A stretch of DNA of 32,000 bases from Ruminococcus albus 7 = DSM 20455 (GTDB taxonomy: Bacteria > Bacillota > Clostridia > Oscillospirales > Ruminococcaceae), in NCBI RefSeq assembly GCF_000179635.2, contig NC_014825.1, positions 150,001 to 182,000 of the forward strand. The letters run 5' to 3'. Positions 17,511 to 25,814 of the stretch are shown here, piece by piece. The notes under the pieces are model-generated. The model saw nothing but the letters and a program-made list of their open reading frames with translations, searched no databases and was not told the DNA's origin. Made by a program: the position numbers and the translations under genes. Positions within the stretch are counted from its first letter, which is position 1; every line of letters starts with the position of its first letter.

Positions 17511-18743
17511 ATGATTGATTCCAGTTACTCAATGACACTGTATGATGCAATCCAACTGTTTCAAAGACACATCATACAAAACTACGGATCTGAATCCAAA
17601 ACAGCACAGGCTTACATTCGGATCTCTAATGATTTACAGCGGTATGCTAAAGGAACGGATTTGGAGGTTTCTCCGGAAGATGTGATCCAAGAATACTATC
17701 GTATTATCGTCGGGGTCCCTGCATTTGAAGCTGTTCCGTCAAAATCAAAAGAACGTCGAGGAAGAGCTGTTCAGATGATTCTGGATATCCTTAATGGAAA
17801 AGAACCTAAGAGAAAGTATACCACCCATAAGCGTGATTGTCCCATTACGTACCTGAATGTCATCAGAAAATATGAAACTTTCATGAGAAATGACCAAAAG
17901 AGCGATGGCACAGTACGCACGAGATCCGGACGAATCACTGTGTTTTTTGCTTTTCTTGAGGAGTGTAAATGTACATCATTAGAGGGCATCACGCCGGAGC
18001 TGTTTGCAAGATTTGTATCGTCCCTCAATGATAGGTATTCATCACAGGGAAAAGCGTCCATTTTGTATACGTTAAGGAATTTCTTTTCCTATGATGAGTT
18101 CTCAGGAGCGCTATCTTTCGATCCGATTCCCTTTTTGACAGGGATTCATTCCGGAAAGCATGAAAGACTCCCATCCTTTTACACGGCAGAAGAAGTAAGG
18201 CGTATCCTGAATGCTGTCGACAGGAATACCCCATGGGGAAAAACAGTCTATCTTATGATGCTTTTGGCAAGTGTGTACGGTTTTCGCTCAAGCGATATCA
18301 AAGCAATGGTTCTTGACAATATAAACTGGAAAAATCGCACAATAAATATCACGCAGTACAAGACGCACAAAGAGATTTCCCTTCCCATGACAGATGAGAT
18401 CCTTTTTGCACTCCTTGACTATATTAAGAATGTGCGTCCTGAGTCAGACTGTTCGAATGTGTTCATCCGACTTAGAAAACCGTACATTGCATACTCAATG
18501 AATGATCACTTTGGCGACAAGATATTACCGTTTTTTGAAATTGCCGGTGTTGATACAAAAGGTAAACATCATGGTCTGCATTCTTTAAGGCATAGTTTGG
18601 CAACAAACCTTTTGGTTTCAGGAACCCCGATAAATGAGATTGCTGTGATACTTGGACACACATCTGCGGCATCCACAAAAACTTATGTATGGTCAGATAT
18701 AGAGCATCTCCGAGCAGCAGCATTGGAGGTGCCTAAAAAATGA
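17511..18743 (+). CDS. Tyrosine recombinase, first of trio (410 aa)
   Basis: C-terminal catalytic motifs 'HGLHSLRHSLATNLL' and 'ILGHTSAASTKTYV' (R..HxxR..Y). It also has an N-terminal SAM-like/core-binding-type region. Confidence 0.9.
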   Translation: MIDSSYSMTLYDAIQLFQRHIIQNYGSESKTAQAYIRISNDLQRYAKGTDLEVSPEDVIQEYYRIIVGVPAFEAVPSKSKERRGRAVQMILDILNGKEPKRKYTTHKRDCPITYLNVIRKYETFMRNDQKSDGTVRTRSGRITVFFAFLEECKCTSLEGITPELFARFVSSLNDRYSSQGKASILYTLRNFFSYDEFSGALSFDPIPFLTGIHSGKHERLPSFYTAEEVRRILNAVDRNTPWGKTVYLMMLLASVYGFRSSDIKAMVLDNINWKNRTINITQYKTHKEISLPMTDEILFALLDYIKNVRPESDCSNVFIRLRKPYIAYSMNDHFGDKILPFFEIAGVDTKGKHHGLHSLRHSLATNLLVSGTPINEIAVILGHTSAASTKTYVWSDIEHLRAAALEVPKK

Positions 18744-19720
18744 TCAATGACAAGGAATTTCTTAAATTTGAAGAAGGTTTTTTCAAACCATATTTTGAAA
18801 AATTCATAGAGTTCAAGCGTGGAAAAGGTGAAAAAGTTGCTCATTCAACCATGGTTCGCTTAAGGAAACTGAACAATTCGCTTAATACTTACTATGAACA
18901 CCATATATCTGACCAGATGGTGGAGGAGTTACTGGCTCCTCGTGATGGATTAAGCGAATTAGAACGCCAATATCTTACAGCGAATCTCCGCCAGTTTTGT
19001 TCTTTCTTGGCGCTTCTCGGAATTGATGCGGTCATCGTCCCACGAAAATATATGCGAACGGTAAAGAGTGAATTTCGTCCGTACATTTTCAGCGACGATG
19101 AACTGCGCCGTCTGACTATTGCAGCCGACACGCTTCCTGCATCAAGAAAGTCGAGCTCGCATCAGCAGATATACCCAGTGCTCGTCAGATTACTTATAGG
19201 TACCGGAATGCGCATAGGCGAAGTCCTTGCACTGAAGCGGGCGAATGTTGACACTTCAAACGGTGTGATCAATGTTATCAACGGTAAAAATGGCGTTTCA
19301 AGATTTATTCCTGTATCCGACAGCTTGAAAGAAGTCCTATTTGACTATGCCAAGACTATAGATATGTCTGATGAGAATAGACCGTTTTTCACTTCCTCCT
19401 ACACCGGTGGTCATCTTACATATGATGCTATGAAATATATGTTTCCAAAGATGTTTAAGACGGCAGGCATACACAAGTCAGATGGTAAGACGCCAAATAT
19501 CCATTCTATCCGGCATACATTCTGCACCAAAAGTCTGGAAAAAATGTTGGAAAACGGAATGAATGTCTATACTGCTATTCCAATACTGGCGGCATACGTC
19601 GGACATGTGAATTACATAGATACAGAAAAATACATTCATTTCACAGAACAGGGACATACGGATTTCTTGCAGAAAGAATCATCCTTGGGGAGTCTATTCC
19701 CGGAGGTGGACAATGAGTGA
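18740..19720 (+). CDS. Tyrosine recombinase, second of trio (326 aa)
   Basis: 'GTGMRIGEVLALK', 'IHSIRHTFCTKSL' and 'YVGHVNYIDTEKYIH'. ATGA overlap with the upstream gene. Confidence 0.9.
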   Translation: MINDKEFLKFEEGFFKPYFEKFIEFKRGKGEKVAHSTMVRLRKLNNSLNTYYEHHISDQMVEELLAPRDGLSELERQYLTANLRQFCSFLALLGIDAVIVPRKYMRTVKSEFRPYIFSDDELRRLTIAADTLPASRKSSSHQQIYPVLVRLLIGTGMRIGEVLALKRANVDTSNGVINVINGKNGVSRFIPVSDSLKEVLFDYAKTIDMSDENRPFFTSSYTGGHLTYDAMKYMFPKMFKTAGIHKSDGKTPNIHSIRHTFCTKSLEKMLENGMNVYTAIPILAAYVGHVNYIDTEKYIHFTEQGHTDFLQKESSLGSLFPEVDNE

Positions 19721-20734
19721 TAATTTATTCTTCTATATACAACGATATTTTATGTCTTACCTAATGAAACAGCATAATTACGGCCCTAATACTGTTTCAT
19801 CATACCGAGACACCTTTAAGCTTTTGCTTAAATTTATGTCAGAATCCGGTAAAAGCATATCAAAGAAAACTGTTGATGAGATTGACTGCGATGTAGTACT
19901 CAAGTTTCTCTCTTGGCTTTCGAATGTCAGGAAAAATGGGGTGCCTACCCAAAATGTAAGATTGGCACATATAAAATCATTTTTTCGATATGTAATGATG
20001 ATCTCACCTGAATACTCCGGGCAATGCAGCGAAATACTCAGTATACCATTTGCAAAGGAAGATAAAAGGCTTCCTGATTGTATGTCTACGGATGCTATAA
20101 AGCAAATGCTTTCATCGATCGACTCATCATCTAACGAGGGACTAAGGCATTTGGCAATCTTATCCCTTATGTACGATTCAGCTTGTAGGGTTCAGGAAAT
20201 CATTTCACTAGATGTCAAAGACTTTCAGCCGGGTCAATGCTGCAGGATATATGTGCATGGTAAGGGAAATAAATATCGCACCATTCCGTTACTGGGAAAA
20301 ACAGAAAAAATCATCTCAAAATATATCAGGCAATTCGGTCTTATGCAAGAGTCCCCAATGTTTTGCAACAGGAATGGTGACCGGCTAACAAGGCAAGGCA
20401 GTCCGCGTACATAATAAGGAAATACTCTAAGTTGGCAAACGATACGGTTCCCGGTATTATAACCGGCTCTGTATACCCACATCGATTACGCCACAGTAAA
20501 GCCACACACCTTGTGGACAATGGCGTAAACATTTATAATGTCAGGGATTTCTTGGGACATGAGTCTGTTGCAACAACTCAGATTTACCTGTCAACGAATC
20601 CGGAAGTTATCAGAAAGGCTATCGAGACAGTAGCTGAGAAAACAGTATCAGAAAGCCTTGATTTCTTTTCAGACAAAGAAAAGGACGATTTTGATTTCCT
20701 TCTTGGATTCACTAGGATAACACGCATTTGTTAA
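19713..20734 (+). pseudogene. Tyrosine recombinase, third of trio, frameshifted
   Basis: ORF 19713-20414 ('...[15 protein letters not shown]') and ORF 20432-20734 ('[27 protein letters not shown]...[14 protein letters not shown]') join as ...[21 protein letters not shown]... The frame change must lie within 20381-20411. Confidence 0.8.
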
Positions 20735-20845
20735 TGTAAAGTAGGTCATGATGGAATGCCGATCAGACTTTCATTGAAACGGCCGACTTTACATTAACAT
20801 CCTCTTTACATTAAATCTCTAATGTGAAGCTTTACATTAGAGATT
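20732..20845. repeat. RIT right-end recombinase-site cluster, including two complete core-type sites
   Basis: Half-sites: TAATGTAAAG 20732-20741; CTTTACATTA 20787-20796 and 20804-20813; TAATGTGAAG 20820-20829; CTTTACATTA 20830-20839. The segment 20804-20829 reads CTTTACATTA-AATCTC-TAATGTGAAG (10-6-10). Confidence 0.85.
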
Positions 20846-21469
20846 ATCCGGAACCAAAACTCTTGTCACACCATCGAAGTATTCATAAGCGTGAATGTGG
20901 CACATGAGCCAGTTCTCCTGCTTCATGTCGGTGCAGGCTTCAACGTAAAGATAACTGCTGCAAGGCAATGCTGCTACGAAGATGTAAGCCTTGTACTCCT
21001 CACCTGTAACGCTGTCAAAGTACGGAATAGTGCCGCCTGCCCAATCTACCTGCATAACATCTCCAGGCTTATGCGTTACACGCATGGTAGCTTTAGTTAC
21101 ACGAGCCCAGCGACGGTATTTGTCACCGAACTGGGTGCTCATGTAGGGTGTTTCACCGTTTGCATAGGCATGCTCACAGTATTCATTCCAGAGTAGTGTG
21201 AGTGTCACACCTTTCTTGGACAGCTCACGGTGGATGTAGTCGTAATCTGGCTCTGCATAATGACTTCCGGCTGTTCTCCTTTCCGGATAGAAAAGCTTTT
21301 CAAGCTCAGCATTAGTCACATCCTCATCGATAGGCCATTCCACTCCATGCTTTGCAGCAAGTTCCAGAACATTCTTGACGGTATGATGAGAATGCCCCAC
21401 TCTTGCAGCGGTCTGTCTCAAGCTGTATCCCATACTGGTAAGCCTGAGTATTTCTTTGTAGTCCACCAT
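20840..21469 (-). pseudogene. istA: IS21 transposase IstA, N-terminal part (HTH and start of the DDE domain)
   Basis: 'MVDYKEILRLTSMGYSLRQTAARVGHSHHTVKNVL' is the HTH and 'MQVDWAG' a DDE-region motif. The frame ends '...VLVPDNL' and then runs into a TAA supplied by the RIT end. Confidence 0.9.
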
Positions 21470-21613
21470 ATGATAGACCTCCTTGATATGTAGTCACGTC
21501 ATTGACGCGCCATATCAAGTATATCATATTTTGCCGGGCAGTGCCCGTGGGCAGTCAGCGGCGAGATGTGGCAAAATATCCGTGCAGTTGTGGCAGTGTG
21601 GGCGGGATATACA

Positions 21614-21872
21614 TGAGTTTTAGCTCTGTGCGCAACTGTTTTAGCCGATCACCGACGGTCTGATTACTTGGATACATCTCTCCAGTGCCATCCATAAACC
21701 ATTCCTTGTTAACGCGAGTGCCTTTTAGAATTCTGCTAATACTATCTTCAGAAAAATTGGTTTCTCCATTTTCTAAGCGCGATTCAAGAGATGCAGACAT
21801 ATTGCAAAGCCTTGCAAAAACGGCAACAGTCATTTTATTGTGTTCTCTTAACTGTTTTAGCCTGTACTTCAT
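21614..21872 (-). pseudogene. XRE-type HTH regulator, 3' end truncated by IS21
   Basis: 'LKQLREHNKMTVAVFARLCNMSASLESRLENGETNFS' is HTH_3-like. A second repeat begins 'VGDRLKQLRTELKL' and is cut at the IS21 terminus. The last 19 codons of ORF 21555-21872 are IS-derived. Confidence 0.55.
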
Positions 21873-22483
21873 CGGTTCTTGTCAAGCCTCTCAATCTCAT
21901 CTATCAGCTCAAGTAGCTCATCCATACTTTCCCCATTATACCAAATCGCTTTCATCCCGACAGCTTCAGCACCTTTGACGTTCTTCTCGCTGTCATCGAT
22001 GAACACGCATTCTGACTTTTCTAGCCCATACCGCTCACACAGTATCTCATATATCCGCTTATCAGGCTTCACAACGTGCTCATAGCAGGAGAACACGCCG
22101 CCATCGAAGTGTGGGAGAAAGTTGAGTGGGAACACGTGCATCAGGTACTCGAAGTAGTTGGAGAGGAAGAAAATCTTATAACCTTTTGATCTCAGGGTTG
22201 TGATCAACGGCACAGTGGATGCTTTATCACGCGGACACTCACCGAGTTTGGAGAAGATGAGTCTGATCTCGGCTTCGTAGTTCGGAGCAGAGCTAATGAA
22301 CAACTTGAGAACTTCTTCATCAGTCATGCTCCCCTTATCAAACTCCACCCAGTCTGGATTGCGCCACATAGCTCTAGTCACGATATCGGCTGTTTCGGGA
22401 TCTAAGTATTTAGCTACGAAACTGTCCCAATCGAAATCCGTCAGAACGCCGCCGATGTCGAAGATTATAGAAGTTTTAGGCAT
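21869..22483 (-). CDS. HAD-superfamily hydrolase (subfamily IA-like phosphatase)
   Basis: Motif I 'IIFDIGGVLTDFD', then 'FFLSN', 'K', and motif IV 'CVFIDDSEKNVKGAEAVGM'. Confidence 0.8.
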   Translation of the reverse strand: MPKTSIIFDIGGVLTDFDWDSFVAKYLDPETADIVTRAMWRNPDWVEFDKGSMTDEEVLKLFISSAPNYEAEIRLIFSKLGECPRDKASTVPLITTLRSKGYKIFFLSNYFEYLMHVFPLNFLPHFDGGVFSCYEHVVKPDKRIYEILCERYGLEKSECVFIDDSEKNVKGAEAVGMKAIWYNGESMDELLELIDEIERLDKNR

Positions 22484-22658
22484 GGGTGGTGGCTCCTTTC
22501 TTGTATTCGGACTTCATATAAGAGTGATGTATAGCATAGCGAAGAGGTAGATGGCGAATAGGAGGTGGATGAAGTGCGGATTGATTATCTTTTTCATATG
22601 GCTTTAGTATAACCACAGAGAGTGTGTTTTTGTCAAGAGCTGTAGCCATCTGGAGCAG

Positions 22659-22937
22659 TCACTCTTTTGCCCAGGCATTATTGTCCAATATCTCTTCTAT
22701 TTTATCAAGATCTCTGCTTGCTATACGTGGATTCAATCCTTCTCTAACCTTATATTTCGCTAGATCATTCATATCGAATGAAGGGTTTTCTACGGTAAAT
22801 GCTTTGCATAAATCCCATAGCACATTTCCGTATCCAAGGTCTTTGGGATGGATGCAAACCTGCGTGTACTTTTCGCTATTACTCGGCAAGTGCATCCGTT
22901 TCATCAACTGACGAAATCGTTCCTTATAATCTTCCAT
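22659..22937 (-). CDS. Hypothetical protein (92 aa from the RBS-supported ATG)
   Basis: AAGGAGAAGG precedes the internal ATG at 22937 (MEDYKERF...). The longer ORF from 22982 lacks an RBS. No recognisable motif. Confidence 0.5.
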   Translation of the reverse strand: MEDYKERFRQLMKRMHLPSNSEKYTQVCIHPKDLGYGNVLWDLCKAFTVENPSFDMNDLAKYKVREGLNPRIASRDLDKIEEILDNNAWAKE

Positions 22938-23011
22938 TACCTTCTCCTTTAAATCAACAAATTCTATTAAAATGGTAACCACACTGGTTCGTACACTTGT
23001 TTCAGGGTAAC

Positions 23012-24304
23012 TTAATCCCTTCGGAACAGATCCCTTGTATAGACCTTATCAGCCACATCATCAAGACAAGAATCATATCTGTTTGCAATGATAGCAGCAG
23101 AACGCTTCTTGAACTCTTCGATGTCGTTAACCACAAGGCTGCCGAAGAACGTCTCACCATCCTGTAAAGAAGGCTCATAGATAATTACAGTTGCACCCTT
23201 AGCCTTGATACGTTTCATAACACCCTGAATAGAACTCTGACGGAAGTTATCGGAGTTTGACTTCATGGTAAGACGGTATACACCGATGACAACTTCCTTC
23301 TCTTTCGCTCTATCAAAATCATCAGAACCTTCATAGGCACCGACAATCTCAAGCACACGCTCAGCGATAAAGTCTTTTCTTGTCCTGTTGCTCTCAACGA
23401 TTGCTCCAATAAGATTCTGTGGAACATCAGCATAGTTAGCGAGAAGCTGTTTGGTGTCCTTCGGTAGACAATAACCGCCGTAGCCAAAGGAAGGATTATT
23501 GTAGTGTGTGCCAATACGAGGATCCAAGCACACACCATTGATAATTGCCTGTGTGTCTAAGCCTTTCATTTCAGCGTATGTATCCAGTTCGTTGAAGTAT
23601 GACACGCGGAGTGCAAGATAAGTATTCGCAAACAGCTTGACTGCCTCTGCCTCTGTTGTTTCCATGTATAAAGTAGGGATGTTCTCTGCAATTGCTCCTT
23701 GTTGGAGAAGATCTGCGAAGGTGTGAGCTGCATTGCAACAGATCTCATCGTCCTGTGGAAAACCCACGATAATGCGGCTCGGATAGAGATTATCGTAAAG
23801 AGCCTTTGACTCACGGAGGAATTCAGGTGCGAAGATAATGTTCTTACCAACTTCTCCGTAGAGGCTAATATAGTGCTCTGTGATCCTCTTTGTATAGCCG
23901 ACAGGAATTGTGGATTTGATGATAATCACAGGGTGTTCCTCACGACTTTTGCCCTTGTTTGATTCAAAAACAAGATCCATGGCTGCTTCAACATAAGATG
24001 TATCGAAGAAATTTTTCTTGCTGTCGTAATTTGTAGGGGTTGCTATGATGATGAGTTCGGCAGAACTGTAGGCTGATGCTCCGTCAAGTGTAGCGGTCAA
24101 ATCAAGGTTGCTGTCCTTGCCACCTGCTGTTTTTCCTTCTGTGAGGTATCTCTCGATCTCATCGTCCTGAATCGGGGATATATGATTGTTGATCTTTTCT
24201 ACCTTTTCAGGGACAACATCAACTGCTGTCACATGGTTATGCTGTGCGAGAAGCACAGCAAGGGAAAGACCGACATAACCAGTTCCTGCAACTGCTATAT
24301 TCAT
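23012..24304 (-). CDS. ugd: UDP-glucose 6-dehydrogenase (HasB/Cps3D-like)
   Basis: '[20 protein letters not shown]' is the NAD-binding fold. Other motifs are '[24 protein letters not shown]', '[28 protein letters not shown]', '[22 protein letters not shown]' (catalytic Cys) and '[15 protein letters not shown]'. Confidence 0.92.
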   Translation of the reverse strand: MNIAVAGTGYVGLSLAVLLAQHNHVTAVDVVPEKVEKINNHISPIQDDEIERYLTEGKTAGGKDSNLDLTATLDGASAYSSAELIIIATPTNYDSKKNFFDTSYVEAAMDLVFESNKGKSREEHPVIIIKSTIPVGYTKRITEHYISLYGEVGKNIIFAPEFLRESKALYDNLYPSRIIVGFPQDDEICCNAAHTFADLLQQGAIAENIPTLYMETTEAEAVKLFANTYLALRVSYFNELDTYAEMKGLDTQAIINGVCLDPRIGTHYNNPSFGYGGYCLPKDTKQLLANYADVPQNLIGAIVESNRTRKDFIAERVLEIVGAYEGSDDFDRAKEKEVVIGVYRLTMKSNSDNFRQSSIQGVMKRIKAKGATVIIYEPSLQDGETFFGSLVVNDIEEFKKRSAAIIANRYDSCLDDVADKVYTRDLFRRD

Positions 24305-24336
24305 ATATGTATTACTCCTTTACTGTTATGTGGTTC

Positions 24337-24846
24337 TCAATTAGTAGCAGAATATTTAATAGGACAAACTTCCACACACTTGTAGCACCGAATACAGAGA
24401 CTTGCATCCAATACCGGATAAAGAAAGCCTTCCTCGTCTTCTTCCATAAAAATTGCACCATGTGGCAGGTCATATTTCTCACCGAAACTTCCAACAGAAT
24501 CTTTGCCGCTATTAAGCAACAATCCTTTTACGGTGCAAACAGCATAACAGGCGGTACATCCACAGCAATTCTCTCGAATGTTATATAGTTCCGGAAGTTG
24601 CTTATCAGTTTCAATCAAGCTCTTTGTTTTAGGGCTATAAGCTAATGGAATACCGTTTGTTCCTATTTTTATATTTTTATAACGTGTTGAAATATGTGGC
24701 TGATAACAAGTCTGGTCTTGAGGCTTCGGTTGTTGTTCATCCGGTAAAAAAGAGCCATCTGCATACTGATAAACCTTGGTACCGGCAGGCACATCATCGT
24801 ACTCATGAGATGAGTTAACACGAGTTATTCTTTTCATTTCTATCAT
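24337..24846 (-). CDS. 2x[4Fe-4S] ferredoxin-domain protein with a ~85-aa N-terminal extension
   Basis: 'CCGCTACYAVC' (CxxCxxCxxxC) and 'CIRCYKCVEVCP' flank 'EEDEEGFLYP'. This is the arrangement normally found at the N-terminus of FrhB-like proteins in EPS loci. The better-spaced start is ATG 24837. Confidence 0.75.
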   Translation of the reverse strand: MIEMKRITRVNSSHEYDDVPAGTKVYQYADGSFLPDEQQPKPQDQTCYQPHISTRYKNIKIGTNGIPLAYSPKTKSLIETDKQLPELYNIRENCCGCTACYAVCTVKGLLLNSGKDSVGSFGEKYDLPHGAIFMEEDEEGFLYPVLDASLCIRCYKCVEVCPIKYSATN

Positions 24847-25814
24847 CTCCTAAGTAATTTATGTGCTAAACGTATTGCGAATTGTTTACTCTTATTGATA
24901 AAGCCAAAATTAGTGTATTTCTTTGCGAGATAATCAAAATTTTGCATATAAAAGTCTTTCCAAAACTGATACCGATTATCTGGAAACGGAAAAGGTGCTT
25001 TCAAAGGCGGTTGTAAACTCTTTTCAATATCACATTCCTTATAATCTAAACTATCATTAACAGCATTGAACATATTATTTCCTAATTCATCATTAACAAG
25101 AACTAATGAAACACCTTTGTTATCATCAAAGCCCGGTGCGGCATTTTGAATTCCCCAATAATCTGCAATAGTTATATTTCCAGGATGCATTATAGATTTA
25201 TAAGGACATCTGTGACAACAAGGCCTGAGTATATCATGGCCATAAAACAATTCCTTAAAAACATCACTATCCACTCTTGAATTGTTCTTCATATATAATG
25301 ATTCAACATGAGCTGCCCAGCCAAACTCTCTTTTATTTCTAAAATCAACATTATCTATCTGACTATTGGCTCTTTCCTCTTGCCATTTTATATAATTGAC
25401 CCAGATAAGTGGACTTGGAACTCCGTGACATACAATGTCAACACAAATCAGATTGGAATACTCTTGTCCCAAAAACAATTGCAATCCAGCTACTTGGCAA
25501 GAAGTGCCTGAAAACAACACTTGCTTATTGGCTTTCAGATCGTCTTCCACCAATTCAAATACATTTCCTAATGAACTTTGAATATACTTAGAGCCGCGCA
25601 TCCTGTCTCGTTCTTCTTTTGAAGTGGCACGAATATGCTTTGCCAACAAGTCATCAGTCAAAATGCATCCATATACGACACCATTTCTATCCAACACATA
25701 ATCTGACAAAGCCGTAAAGATTCCTCCTGAACGTGATGCCATTCGGATCCGCTCATCTTTATGCTTTACAGCAAATACAAGTGGAACATTATATTTATCC
25801 AAGACGTTATTCAC
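24843..25814 (-). CDS. Coenzyme F420 hydrogenase/dehydrogenase beta-subunit-like (FrhB/FdhB-family) protein lacking its usual Fe-S N-terminus
   Basis: 'RMASRSGGIFTALSDYVLDRNGVVYGC', 'FSGTSCQVAGLQLFL' and 'VDIVCHGVPSP'. The family is commonly paired with polysaccharide pyruvyl transferases. Confidence 0.7.
   Translation of the reverse strand: MNNVLDKYNVPLVFAVKHKDERIRMASRSGGIFTALSDYVLDRNGVVYGCILTDDLLAKHIRATSKEERDRMRGSKYIQSSLGNVFELVEDDLKANKQVLFSGTSCQVAGLQLFLGQEYSNLICVDIVCHGVPSPLIWVNYIKWQEERANSQIDNVDFRNKREFGWAAHVESLYMKNNSRVDSDVFKELFYGHDILRPCCHRCPYKSIMHPGNITIADYWGIQNAAPGFDDNKGVSLVLVNDELGNNMFNAVNDSLDYKECDIEKSLQPPLKAPFPFPDNRYQFWKDFYMQNFDYLAKKYTNFGFINKSKQFAIRLAHKLLRR

Larger units (their letters stand above)
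17386..20839 (+). mobile_element. RIT-type element (recombinase-in-trio: three tandem tyrosine recombinase genes with inverted-repeat ends) inserted in istA
   Basis: Three overlapping tyrosine recombinase ORFs. A 33-bp perfect inverted repeat occurs at 17380-17412 and 20787-20819. GAGATT is present at both junctions (17380-17385 and 20840-20845). Removing 3460 bp restores the istA frame. Confidence 0.88.
15351..21613 (-). mobile_element. IS21-family element (2803 bp without the RIT insertion), istA disrupted
   Basis: Ends are TGTATATGCCGACCCCAAAACCGCAGCTGCACGGAC (15351-) and the reverse complement of 21613 downward, TGTATATCCCGCCCACACTGCCACAACTGCACGGAT (27/36 identical, TGT termini). Both ends carry reiterated sub-terminal motifs (GAACCGCA x3-4 at one end, TGCCACA/CTGCCC at the other). 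The element encodes istA and istB. Flanks show no TSD (CAGAT vs TGAGT). Confidence 0.85.

Noticed and set aside
20891-21527. + strand ORFs 20891-21196 and 21230-21493, and minus-strand ORF 21324-21527
   Set aside because: They overlap the istA N-terminal coding region or the IS21 terminal repeats and carry no motifs.
22624-22911. 95-aa + strand ORF
   Set aside because: It is antisense to the RBS-supported minus-strand ORF 22659-22937 and has Ser/Leu-rich low complexity.
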